From positions 1 to 55,524 of the IMG/VR virus record IMGVR_UViG_3300025723_000050: a DNA stretch of 55,524 nt; one strand, given 5' to 3'. The position numbers and the translations under genes were made by a program. Positions 9,592 to 17,738 of this stretch are shown piece by piece (position 1 is the stretch's first letter; each line of letters opens with the position of its first letter). The stretch comes from a virus. Its lineage: Duplodnaviria; Caudoviricetes. The notes beneath the pieces were generated by a model. That model searched no databases and was not told where the DNA came from. It worked only from the letters and a program-made list of their open reading frames with translations.

Positions 9592-10123
9592 GGTATATGC
9601 CGCAGGGCAAGAACCAATTAAATACGTACCAGGAGACTTTGTCTTGGTTTCATCTACTGGTGTTCTAGCTAAACTCATTCGCTTTGGTCAATTCTTTCGT
9701 TACCATGGCAAGATGAAACCATTCGCTCATTGGAACCATGCTGCGATGATTGTCAACGAAGATGGTACCATTGTTGAGGCTGTTGGCCGTGGGGTCATCA
9801 CTAGCAACATAAGCGATTATACAAATGTAGAATATTACTACGTTTCAACTAAGCTCAACAAGCAAAGCCGCGATCAAACAGTAGCTGCCTGTAAGAGTTT
9901 TATTAAGGATAAGTATGGTTTCTTAACCATCTTGAGTATTGCTTTGGAATTAGCTACTGGCATCAAAATGCAGTTCACTAATAGTAACACTATGATTTGT
10001 AGTGCTGTAGTAGCACAATCCTTATGGGCAGGTGGGGTCGTATTCGACCGAAACCCTTATCAAATGATGCCAGCTGATTTAGCTGCTGCTTTCAATATTT
10101 TGACAGAATTGCCAAATACTTGA
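9575..10123 (+). CDS. Permuted NlpC/P60 (YiiX/YaeF-like) papain-fold amidase/peptidase
   Basis: PGDFVL...WNHAAM...VEA with His N-terminal to the ICSAVVA Cys. Confidence 0.82.
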   Translation: MTTTYKVYAAGQEPIKYVPGDFVLVSSTGVLAKLIRFGQFFRYHGKMKPFAHWNHAAMIVNEDGTIVEAVGRGVITSNISDYTNVEYYYVSTKLNKQSRDQTVAACKSFIKDKYGFLTILSIALELATGIKMQFTNSNTMICSAVVAQSLWAGGVVFDRNPYQMMPADLAAAFNILTELPNT

Positions 10124-10155
10124 TTTTTGTGCATTTTATGCATTAAAGTAAAAAT

Positions 10156-10329
10156 ATGAAAAAAGCAGTCATCACTATCAGTTATGATCCCCGTGATGCA
10201 CAGAGCGACGAGCTCGCAAGCCAAGAGATTAGCGAGACTATGTCTGGCCTTCTTAATAGCTTGCGTACTCAGGTCAATGGCGTCCAGGTATCCGTCAAGT
10301 TTACAAATACAAACAATAAGGAGAAGTAA
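10156..10329 (+). CDS. Small hypothetical protein (57 aa, not in ORF track)
   Basis: Read manually: MKKAVITISYD...NNKEK*. Confidence 0.55.
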   Translation: MKKAVITISYDPRDAQSDELASQEISETMSGLLNSLRTQVNGVQVSVKFTNTNNKEK

Positions 10330-10331
10330 AG

Positions 10332-10649
10332 ATGTCTAATCCAATTAACACAACTACAACTAGAGCAACAGGTCGTGCCTTTGCTTCAGCTATCGTTGGT
10401 GCTTTGCTTGCTTGGGGTGCAACCAAGTGGGGCAATCTCAACACTGGTACGTTCACCGTTTTGGTGCCTGTTGCCACTGGTGTTTACTACTCAGCTGTTA
10501 CACAACTCGAGAAGAAGTACCCTAACCTTGGTTGGTTGCTTGGTACTCTTCCCCAGCCTAAGGTTGTTGCTACGCCTGTTGTAGAGCCCACTCCGGCACC
10601 TGTTGCTGCAAAGGCACCTGCTGCTAAGAAGGCTGCAACAAAGGAATAA
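10332..10649 (+). CDS. Holin-like membrane protein with P/A/K-rich tail
   Basis: Two hydrophobic segments, LEKKYPxLGWLLG, basic tail; AAGGAG RBS. Confidence 0.55.
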   Translation: MSNPINTTTTRATGRAFASAIVGALLAWGATKWGNLNTGTFTVLVPVATGVYYSAVTQLEKKYPNLGWLLGTLPQPKVVATPVVEPTPAPVAAKAPAAKKAATKE

Positions 10650-10658
10650 CGCAGTTTA

Positions 10659-10732
10659 GGTCCTGTAGCTCAGTTGGTTAGAGCACTTCCCTGTCACGGA
10701 AGGGGTCGTCGGTTCAAGTCCGATCAGGATCG
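10659..10732 (+). tRNA. tRNA-Asp(GTC)
   Basis: Full cloverleaf: GGTCCTG/CAGGATC acceptor, CTTCC/GGAAG stem with GTC, TTCAAGT T-loop; no encoded CCA. Confidence 0.95.
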
Positions 10733-10734
10733 CT

Positions 10735-11583
10735 ATGAATAAAGTAATTAACTTAGACATGTTAATGACAAACGAGCTTTACTTCCATTGTGATAAAGGT
10801 CATGGTGATTGTATCGTTGCATTGCACACATTGAAAAAATTGTGTGATAATAATGAACAAATTAAATGCAACATCTTTATACCTGAGCAATATCGTTCTC
10901 AGCTTGGTGAAATGATCCAAGATACGAACGTAAGTTTCATTGATGCACCACACCCACGTTATTCAATTGACCTATGGTGCCATGCTTTGCTCGGTGATAG
11001 CATTTATAGCCCCATCCATCATTCAAAGCAAGATAACACTCTTAGTAGCTATTCTATGTGGGTATACGAGATGGGTAATTACCTACACCAATATAGTTTG
11101 CCTCACCTAAACAAGCCATTTAATTCTATTGAAGATGTTGTGCTTGATGAAAAGTGTTTTGCAGAAGATGTGCTTGATGGTGAAGAATTTGATTGCTTAA
11201 TTATCAATGGCTATCCAGTTAGCCCAGTTCTTCTTATGTCTAGAGAAGAACAAGACAAGAACTTTGCTGCATTGCTGCAATATTTGACTGATGAAGGTAA
11301 CAAAGTTATCACCACCATTAAAGTCGATGGTTATCGTAGCACACAGGATCACAATATGACTTTGGTTGATATTGGCAAACTTGCTAAGCGTTGCAAGGCA
11401 GTTGTTGGTGTGCCAAATGCACCATTCATTGCTTCTGTTAACAAGTGGAGCATGGAAACTGTTGGTGAGTTCATTTCTCTGCTTGATCGAGTTAACATCA
11501 CTACCCCTTACCACGATATGGCTAGGACTTTTGATATCAACAAGAAGTTCAGCACTGTCAAGACATTGCATGAGTTGATCTAA
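10735..11583 (+). CDS. Putative glycosyltransferase (GT9/heptosyltransferase-like)
   Basis: N-terminal GHGD motif like the GT9 xGD loop; heads a sugar-nucleotide cluster; true start may be a later Met. Confidence 0.45.
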   Translation: MNKVINLDMLMTNELYFHCDKGHGDCIVALHTLKKLCDNNEQIKCNIFIPEQYRSQLGEMIQDTNVSFIDAPHPRYSIDLWCHALLGDSIYSPIHHSKQDNTLSSYSMWVYEMGNYLHQYSLPHLNKPFNSIEDVVLDEKCFAEDVLDGEEFDCLIINGYPVSPVLLMSREEQDKNFAALLQYLTDEGNKVITTIKVDGYRSTQDHNMTLVDIGKLAKRCKAVVGVPNAPFIASVNKWSMETVGEFISLLDRVNITTPYHDMARTFDINKKFSTVKTLHELI

Positions 11584-12593
11584 TGAAGGCAGCTATTCTT
11601 AAAGAGCTCAACGCTCCTTTGTCTATAGAGAATATTGGCCTTACTGAACTACAAGTGGGTCAAGTACAGGTCCGAGTCCTAGTCAGTGGTATCTGTGGAT
11701 CACAGCTGCACGAGATCAATGGCAACAAAGGCAATGGTAAGTTCCTTCCCCACCTCATGGGCCACGAAGGCTGTGGTATCGTAGAAGACATTGGCCCTGG
11801 TGTTACTACTGTTAAAGTAGGAGACAAGGTTGTTATGCATTGGCGACCAGGTGCTGGTATTGAGTCTGCATTCCCCCAGTACATGCTTGGTGACACCACC
11901 TTTAGTAGCGGTAAAGTAAATACCCTATCTCAGTGGTCTATTGTTTCGGAGAACCGACTTACCACAGTCCCCTCAGAGACCCCTAATGACCTCGCTGCGC
12001 TCCTTGGATGTAGTTTGACTACCGCACTAGGCATTATTGATAATGAGTGCGATTTTAAGTTCGGTGAAAGCGTTGCTATCATTGGCACAGGTGGTGTAGG
12101 TCTCAACCTTATCCAGGGTGCAGCTATGCGTAGTCTTAGCCCTATTGTTGCAATCGATAACAATGAAAACAAGCGTGAGCTTTCATTCACTGCTGGTGCT
12201 GATCTCTTCTATAATACCTCAGAAGAAAAGTTCCAAGGCAAGGTTGATGTTGTTATTGACACAACTGGCAATGTTGATGTAATCAAAGAAAGCTTTGGTT
12301 ATCTTTCTAACAATGGTCGAATGATATTGGTAGGCCAACCCAAGCCAGGTACATCGCTTGAGATTGCTAATGCTCTTAGTTTCTTTAATGGCAATGGTCT
12401 TAGCATCAAAGCTACACAGGGTGGCAAGACAGACCCAACGGTTGATATCTTGCGTTATGTTAACCTTGAAAAGGCTGGGAAGCTTTACTTCGATGAGTTT
12501 ATTACTCACAGATACAAGCTTGATGAAGTCAACAAAGCATTTGATATGCTTAGAAGTGGTAATGCCGGTAGAATCATGATAGATATGGAATAA
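11583..12593 (+). CDS. Zn-dependent alcohol dehydrogenase (MDR family)
   Basis: GICGS, GHEGCG, GTGGVG; lacks the 4-Cys structural zinc loop. Confidence 0.92.
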   Translation: MKAAILKELNAPLSIENIGLTELQVGQVQVRVLVSGICGSQLHEINGNKGNGKFLPHLMGHEGCGIVEDIGPGVTTVKVGDKVVMHWRPGAGIESAFPQYMLGDTTFSSGKVNTLSQWSIVSENRLTTVPSETPNDLAALLGCSLTTALGIIDNECDFKFGESVAIIGTGGVGLNLIQGAAMRSLSPIVAIDNNENKRELSFTAGADLFYNTSEEKFQGKVDVVIDTTGNVDVIKESFGYLSNNGRMILVGQPKPGTSLEIANALSFFNGNGLSIKATQGGKTDPTVDILRYVNLEKAGKLYFDEFITHRYKLDEVNKAFDMLRSGNAGRIMIDME

Positions 12594-13792
12594 TGGACAA
12601 GCGCAACTGGACCCCAGAAGAATTGATTGCCTTTGAAGATAGAATTGGCGATCTTTACCTTGATAATAAATTGCCTTTTTTGTTTCACCTCTCTGGTGGC
12701 AACGAAGAACAATTGATTGATATCTTTAAGGATATTAAAGAAGGTGACTACGTTATTTCTAACCACCGTAGTCACTACCATGCTCTTTTGCATGGTATCC
12801 CCGCAGATGACCTAGAAGACAAGATCCTTAATGGTCGTAGCATGTTTGTTTACGATCGTGCACGTAACTTCTTCTGTTCTGCAATCATTGGTGGTACCCC
12901 TGCGATTGCTGCTGGCATTGCTGTTGCATTGAAGAAGAAGGGATCTGACCAAAGAGTCTGGTGCTTTGTTGGCGATGGCACAGAAGACAATGGTCACCTC
13001 TTTGAAGCTGCACGGTACGTAGAAGGCTTTGACCTTCCATGCACATTTGTTGTGGAATCAAATAACCGCTCAGTAGAAACTACTAACGAAGAGCGTTGGG
13101 GCACCACTGCTCACTTTGAGTGGCCTTTTGAGTGCGTAAAGAAGTACCAATATGACATTACGTACCCACATGCTCGTAAGCCTGGAATGATTGACCTATC
13201 AAAGGCTGTCAAACTTACAGATGATGATTACTTCCCTAAGCTCGAGCCTTTTGAATACCCTGTGGTTGATATTGACCCAAGTATTTCTTACAAAGATGCT
13301 ATTAGTCAGGTAATGACTAAACTTGGAGAAGAAGGTGCTGTATTCATTGGCTATAACGTAGCTAGAGGCGATGCTATGGGCACCATTAAAGAAGTGCCAT
13401 ACGAACAGAAGCTAGAAACTCCTGTAGCAGAGAACCTTATGATGGGTATAGCTATTGGTATGTCATTCGAAGGTTACAGACCAGTAGTTTACTTTGAACG
13501 TCATGACTTTATGCTTGTAGCTATGGATGCAATTGTTAACCACCTTGACAAGATCGAAAGAATCTCGCATGGTGAGTTCAAGGTACCTGTTATCGTACGT
13601 GCAATTGCTGCTGACTCAGGGCCTTTCTACTCAGGCATTACTCACTCGCAAGATTTTACTGAGCTTCTAAAAGCTGCTGTTACTATCCCAGTTATTGAGC
13701 CAACAAACGGTGCAGAAGTAGTAAACGCTTTTTATGGAGCTGCTTTGAGTGGTCGTCCAGCAATTATCATCGAAAAGAAATCACGATACTAG
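12593..13792 (+). CDS. Fused minimal TPP-dependent enzyme (E1-alpha-like plus transketolase pyrimidine-binding domain)
   Basis: HRSH, GDG...NN TPP motif, ETPVAE, THSQ; no C-terminal transketolase domain. Confidence 0.88.
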   Translation: MDKRNWTPEELIAFEDRIGDLYLDNKLPFLFHLSGGNEEQLIDIFKDIKEGDYVISNHRSHYHALLHGIPADDLEDKILNGRSMFVYDRARNFFCSAIIGGTPAIAAGIAVALKKKGSDQRVWCFVGDGTEDNGHLFEAARYVEGFDLPCTFVVESNNRSVETTNEERWGTTAHFEWPFECVKKYQYDITYPHARKPGMIDLSKAVKLTDDDYFPKLEPFEYPVVDIDPSISYKDAISQVMTKLGEEGAVFIGYNVARGDAMGTIKEVPYEQKLETPVAENLMMGIAIGMSFEGYRPVVYFERHDFMLVAMDAIVNHLDKIERISHGEFKVPVIVRAIAADSGPFYSGITHSQDFTELLKAAVTIPVIEPTNGAEVVNAFYGAALSGRPAIIIEKKSRY

Positions 13793-14518
13793 ATGAGTCG
13801 TGTACTTGTAGTCGGTGAGAGTTGCAAAGACGTATTTGTTTACTGTGATGCAATGCGCCTTGCCCCTGATGTTCCAGTGCCAGTGCTAAATGTACTTGGC
13901 CAAGTAGAGAATGCAGGCATGGCAATGAATGTACTGAATAACATCAGTATGTTTGTTGACTATGACATCATTACTAATGAGAACTGGGATAGCATCACTA
14001 AAACGAGGTATGTGCATAACGCTACTAACCATATGTTCTTTAGAGTTGATGCAGAATCTAACTATGGTAGATTTCATAACAATATTGATTACAGCAAGTA
14101 CGATGCTATTATTATTTCTGACTATAACAAGGGATTCCTTACAGAAGAGGACATCCAAGACATTTGCGAGTCGCACCCACGTGTTTTTGTTGACACAAAG
14201 AAGAAGCTTGGCAAGTTTATAAGTGATGCATTCATTGTTAAGATCAATGATTATGAGTACAACAACTCAGAACCTATTGCTAGACTTTTTTACTCAGATA
14301 TCATTATTCATACCATGGGTGCTAAGGGCTGTGAGTACAGAGGCGAAAGATTCCCCGTTACCCCTGTAGAAGTTAAAGATTCTTCAGGTGCAGGTGATGC
14401 TTTCATAGCAGCACTCGTGGTCAAGTACGTTGAAACTAACGATATCGTACAAAGCATTGAGTTTGCTAACAAGTGTGCTTCTGAGGTAGTAACACATAGA
14501 GGAGTTACAACAATATGA
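13793..14518 (+). CDS. hldA: PfkB-family heptose-phosphate kinase (HldE kinase domain-like)
   Basis: RLAPDVPVPV, KTRY, ISDYNKG, DSSGAGDAF motifs. Confidence 0.85.
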   Translation: MSRVLVVGESCKDVFVYCDAMRLAPDVPVPVLNVLGQVENAGMAMNVLNNISMFVDYDIITNENWDSITKTRYVHNATNHMFFRVDAESNYGRFHNNIDYSKYDAIIISDYNKGFLTEEDIQDICESHPRVFVDTKKKLGKFISDAFIVKINDYEYNNSEPIARLFYSDIIIHTMGAKGCEYRGERFPVTPVEVKDSSGAGDAFIAALVVKYVETNDIVQSIEFANKCASEVVTHRGVTTI

Positions 14519-15300
14519 TCATTCTGACTGGTTCAGAAGGGTTTATTGGAAGTAATTTTAAAAAAGCGCTCTCAGGCAAGCAAGTCATCTATCTTGACTA
14601 CAAAGACTGCCATAGTTTCTTATATAGCTTTAAAGAATGGGACAAAGTTGAGCTTATCCTTCACCAGGGTGCTATCTCGAGCACAACGGAGAAGGATCTT
14701 AGAAAACTATACACGTGGAACGTCGAATTTACGATGGATCTATTTGAAATCGCTATGTTGTTTGGCATCCCTGTAAAATATGCTTCTTCTGCCTCTGTTT
14801 ATGGCAATTTAGATGGCATTGTTAATCCAATCAACCAATATGCCATTTCAAAACTGCAAATTGATTATTGGGTGCAAGATCGTATTAAAGACTTCTCACT
14901 TATCCAAGGATTCCGTTATTTTAACGTATATGGTAACGGTGAGCAGTATAAAGGCGACCAAGCAAGCCCAGTTAGCAAGTTCTCAGCTCAGATTGAAGAA
15001 ACAGGCGTACTAAAACTGTTTGAAGGCTCTGACAAGTTCTATAGGGATTTTATTTGCGTAGATGACGTCGTCAATATCGTTCTTAACAATGATAAGACCT
15101 CTGGCATCTATGATCTTGGTACAAGCAACCCAATTAGCTTTCAAGACGTTGCTGAGGCAGTTGCATATAGGTACAGTGGTGCATTAGAGTACGTACCATT
15201 CCCAGAGCATCTAGTTGGCAAGTATCAAACGTATACTTGTGCCAAAAAAGAGTGGGGCGACTACAACTTCAAGACAATAGGTGATTATCTAGATGGATAA
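14515..15300 (+). CDS. hldD: ADP-L-glycero-D-manno-heptose 6-epimerase-like SDR
   Basis: TGSEGFIG, HQGAISST, YASSASVYG, YAISK, FRYFNVYG, RDFI, YQTYT. Confidence 0.88.
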   Translation: MIILTGSEGFIGSNFKKALSGKQVIYLDYKDCHSFLYSFKEWDKVELILHQGAISSTTEKDLRKLYTWNVEFTMDLFEIAMLFGIPVKYASSASVYGNLDGIVNPINQYAISKLQIDYWVQDRIKDFSLIQGFRYFNVYGNGEQYKGDQASPVSKFSAQIEETGVLKLFEGSDKFYRDFICVDDVVNIVLNNDKTSGIYDLGTSNPISFQDVAEAVAYRYSGALEYVPFPEHLVGKYQTYTCAKKEWGDYNFKTIGDYLDG

Positions 15301-15682
15301 GAAGATATTTCTCACTGGTACGTTTGATGTAATCCATCCTGGCCATATTGAGTTGTTGAAATACGCTAAGAAGCATGGTGACCACTTGACTGTTGCTATT
15401 GACACCGACAGAAGAGTAAAAGAGAAGAAGGGCGAGGATCGTCCGTTCCACAACCAAGATGATAGGCAACTTGTTATCAGCTCTATAAAATACGTTGATC
15501 AGACTTTCCTATTTGACTCAGATGAAGAGCTAATTAACCTTGTTAAGGCTTTAGAACCAGACGTGTGGTTTGCTGGTGCTGACTGGTGGGGTAAAGAATT
15601 TCCAGGTAAAGAATACGCTAAGAAAATTAGCTATTTTACTAGGATTGAACCGCATTCAACGACTAGGATACTAGAACGATGA
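15293..15682 (+). CDS. hldC: Heptose-1-phosphate nucleotidyltransferase-like (HldE domain II, cytidylyltransferase fold)
   Basis: GTFDVIHPGH (HxGH), KGEDRP, STT motifs. Confidence 0.82.
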   Translation: MDKKIFLTGTFDVIHPGHIELLKYAKKHGDHLTVAIDTDRRVKEKKGEDRPFHNQDDRQLVISSIKYVDQTFLFDSDEELINLVKALEPDVWFAGADWWGKEFPGKEYAKKISYFTRIEPHSTTRILER

Positions 15683-15996
15683 GATATGTTGTAGACATTG
15701 ATGGTACTATCTGTACGCTTACAGATGGCAAGTATGAAAACGCACTACCCATAGAAAATGCTATCAAAAAGATTAATGATTTGTATTCTAAGGGCAATAC
15801 TGTTGTTTATTTTACTGCTCGTGGTATGAGCAGGACCACTAATGACCCAGTGCTGTCTGATAGGCTTTTCCGTGAGATTACAGAGCGCCAATTAGAAGAA
15901 TGGGGTTGTAAGTACCATTACCTAATTATGGGCAAGCCTTCTGGTGATGTTTATATTGATGATAAAGGAATCAACAGTGATGACTTCTTTAAATAA
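15679..15996 (+). CDS. Small HAD-family phosphatase
   Basis: DIDGT, TAR, GKP..D.YIDDK. Confidence 0.85.
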   Translation: MRYVVDIDGTICTLTDGKYENALPIENAIKKINDLYSKGNTVVYFTARGMSRTTNDPVLSDRLFREITERQLEEWGCKYHYLIMGKPSGDVYIDDKGINSDDFFK

Positions 15997-16336
15997 AGAG
16001 TTTGTAGAAAAGGGCTGGGGTTACGAAGAGATTCTCTGTAACTCTAAGAAGTACTGTGCCAAGATCTTGCATATGAACAAGGGCAAGAAGCTTTCTTACC
16101 ACTACCACAACATTAAAGACGAGACATTCTATGTAGAGAATGGCAAAGTCATTGTTGTGTACGGTGAGACAGATGACATTGAGCTAGCACAAGAGAAGGT
16201 ACTTAACGCGGGTGATCTTTTCCATGTACCAACAGGGTTGCGTCACAGGATCATTGGCTTAGAAAACTCACGGGTGTTTGAGTTCTCGACACAGCACTTT
16301 GATGATGATAGTATTAGAGTAATCAAAGGCGATTAG
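15980..16336 (+). CDS. Cupin (sugar isomerase/epimerase-like)
   Basis: ATG 15980 after AAGGA; KGWGYE, SYHYHxxKDETF, HR motifs. Confidence 0.82.
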   Translation: MTSLNKEFVEKGWGYEEILCNSKKYCAKILHMNKGKKLSYHYHNIKDETFYVENGKVIVVYGETDDIELAQEKVLNAGDLFHVPTGLRHRIIGLENSRVFEFSTQHFDDDSIRVIKGD

Positions 16337-16344
16337 TTTTACAA

Positions 16345-16416
16345 TCCCAGGTAGCTCAGCGGCAGAGCAAGCGACTGTTAATCGCTCGGTCGTAGGTTCG
16401 ATCCCTACCCTGGGAG
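16345..16416 (+). tRNA. tRNA-Asn(GTT)
   Basis: TCCCAGG/CCTGGGA acceptor; AGCGA/TCGCT stem with GTT; canonical T arm. Confidence 0.95.
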
Positions 16417-16421
16417 CATAA

Positions 16422-16508
16422 GGAATGATGGCTGAGTGGTCGAAAGCACCGGTTTGCTAAACCGGCGAGGTGTTAAAGCCTCCGTAGGTTCGAATCCTAC
16501 TCATTCCG
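16422..16508 (+). tRNA. tRNA-Ser(GCT)
   Basis: GGAATGA/TCATTCC acceptor; CCGGT/ACCGG stem with GCT; long variable arm. Confidence 0.95.
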
Positions 16509-16530
16509 CTGCATGCCATGCTAGTGTCTT

Positions 16531-16692
16531 TGAGGGATGGTGTAATGGCAACACGTCTCATCAGATAATGCTGTGCGTAAACGCTTAAAACATTCTGGGG
16601 TAGTGTAAAGGTAGCACCGGAGTCTTTGGAACTTCTAGCCCTCGTTCGACCCGAGGCCCCAGAGCTTGAAGGTTCGAGTCCTTCTCCCTCAG
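16531..16692 (+). pseudogene. Interrupted Gln-like tRNA (outer shell) enclosing another tRNA
   Basis: 5' TGAGGGA plus D arm (16531-16554) and T arm plus TCCCTCA-G (16668-16692) pair perfectly; the anticodon arm is replaced by an insert of about 110 nt. Confidence 0.8.
16594..16664 (+). tRNA. tRNA-Gln(TTG), nested
   Basis: TCTGGGG/CCCCAGA acceptor; GGAGT/ACTTC stem with TTG; CCTCG/CGAGG T stem. Confidence 0.92.
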
Positions 16693-16696
16693 CAAA

Positions 16697-16769
16697 CCGA
16701 CAGTAGCTCAGTGGTAAGAGCGGAAAGCTTATATCTTTCTGGCCGATGGTTCGATTCCATCCTGTCGGA
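16697..16769 (+). tRNA. tRNA-Ile(TAT)
   Basis: CCGACAG/CTGTCGG acceptor; GAAAG/CTTTC stem with loop CTTATAT; A73. Confidence 0.88.
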
Positions 16770-16784
16770 CTTTTATTATTGCAT

Positions 16785-16847
16785 GTTCAACTCCTACTGC
16801 CCGGACTCATAATCTCTTGGTCGGGGGTTCAATTCCCTCCTGCCGGA
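16785..16847 (+). pseudogene. tRNA fragments: T-loop remnant fused to the 3' half of a CAT-anticodon tRNA
   Basis: GTTCAACTCC remnant, then CTCATAA loop, GGGGG-TTCAATT-CCCTC T arm and CTGCCGG-A; no 5' acceptor strand or D arm. Confidence 0.7.
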
Positions 16848-16940
16848 CAATTTAAAACAAGCTCTATCTTATAACAGGTATTAGGCAATATGTTGCCTAC
16901 TGTCCAGCGTTTCTACGGAAACAATATAAGGAGTAACACG

Positions 16941-17708
16941 ATGACCTCAATGTTTGATTATGACGACTCAGTAAATATGGCTTTTGATGCCAAGATTGCT
17001 GGTAAAAACCTTGTCACCGCTAAGCACGAATTGCTTACTAAGACCGGTGATTTCTTGTTCATGGCACACAGTGACCGTGAACTTGCTTTCCGTATGCAGA
17101 TGGTTGAAGAGGACATCGAGCGCACTGCTCACCGTAGACTCGCTAACGTTAGTGACTCCAAGGCTAAGCTCGTCCGTGCCGTGCTAGAAGAGTGGACTCT
17201 GCGCCACGCATCTTGCCAGTTCTGCAAGCTTGCTTCTGATAAAGACCCCAATAGCAATAAAGACGTTCCTGACTACACGCCCAAGAGCAATGCCAATGAC
17301 TACCACAAGCACTACGATGGAAGTGATGAACCTCCTTGCACTAACTGTGGTATGCGTGGCAACCACTACTGCACAGGCAGTAAGGGTCACCCTAACACAC
17401 CTAACCCGTACAACCCAAAGAAGGGTCCTAACCCGTACAGCCCGGATAAGGGTCCTAACAAGGGTCCTAACAAAGATCCTTACAGAACTGACCCTAACAA
17501 GCCATTTACTCCACACCCCAACACAGCTCCTAACAAGCAACCTGACAACCCTTACAAGGGTCCTAACAAGGGTCAACCTGGCATCCCTAACCCGTACAAC
17601 CCAGGCAAGGGTAAGGATCGTCCTGAGACCAATATCATGCCTCCACACCCTAACAAGCGGCCCGATAATCCTGACAAAGGTCCTAACAAGCCCCCTTACC
17701 AAAAGTAA
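16941..17708 (+). CDS. Hypothetical protein: helical N-domain plus Pro/Asn/Lys repeat tail
   Basis: ATG 16941 after AGGAG; KGPN/PNPY repeats. Confidence 0.75.
   Translation: MTSMFDYDDSVNMAFDAKIAGKNLVTAKHELLTKTGDFLFMAHSDRELAFRMQMVEEDIERTAHRRLANVSDSKAKLVRAVLEEWTLRHASCQFCKLASDKDPNSNKDVPDYTPKSNANDYHKHYDGSDEPPCTNCGMRGNHYCTGSKGHPNTPNPYNPKKGPNPYSPDKGPNKGPNKDPYRTDPNKPFTPHPNTAPNKQPDNPYKGPNKGQPGIPNPYNPGKGKDRPETNIMPPHPNKRPDNPDKGPNKPPYQK
17390..17700 (+). repeat. Coding repeats (AAGGGTCCTAAC = KGPN; CCTAACCCGTAC = PNPY)
   Basis: Multiple dispersed and tandem copies visible in the DNA and protein. Confidence 0.8.
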
Positions 17709-17738
17709 TATCAACCTTTATTAAATCGTTAGGTTGAT

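Noticed and set aside
12593-13792. Pyruvate dehydrogenase as a central-metabolism auxiliary gene
   Set aside because: Truncated fused architecture, no E2/E3 nearby, and sugar-nucleotide context argue against it
16531-16692. Outer tRNA shell as tmRNA or as a group I intron-containing tRNA
   Set aside because: It has a full D stem and no G3-U70 alanine identity; the insert is too short for a group I core and is mostly a complete tRNA
17390-17700. Possible CRISPR array
   Set aside because: Repeats are about 12 bp, in-frame, irregularly spaced and inside a CDS; no cas genes seen
17184-17724. Overlapping repetitive ORFs 17230..17724 (+) and 17184..17714 (-)
   Set aside because: Alternative-frame readings of the KGPN coding repeats
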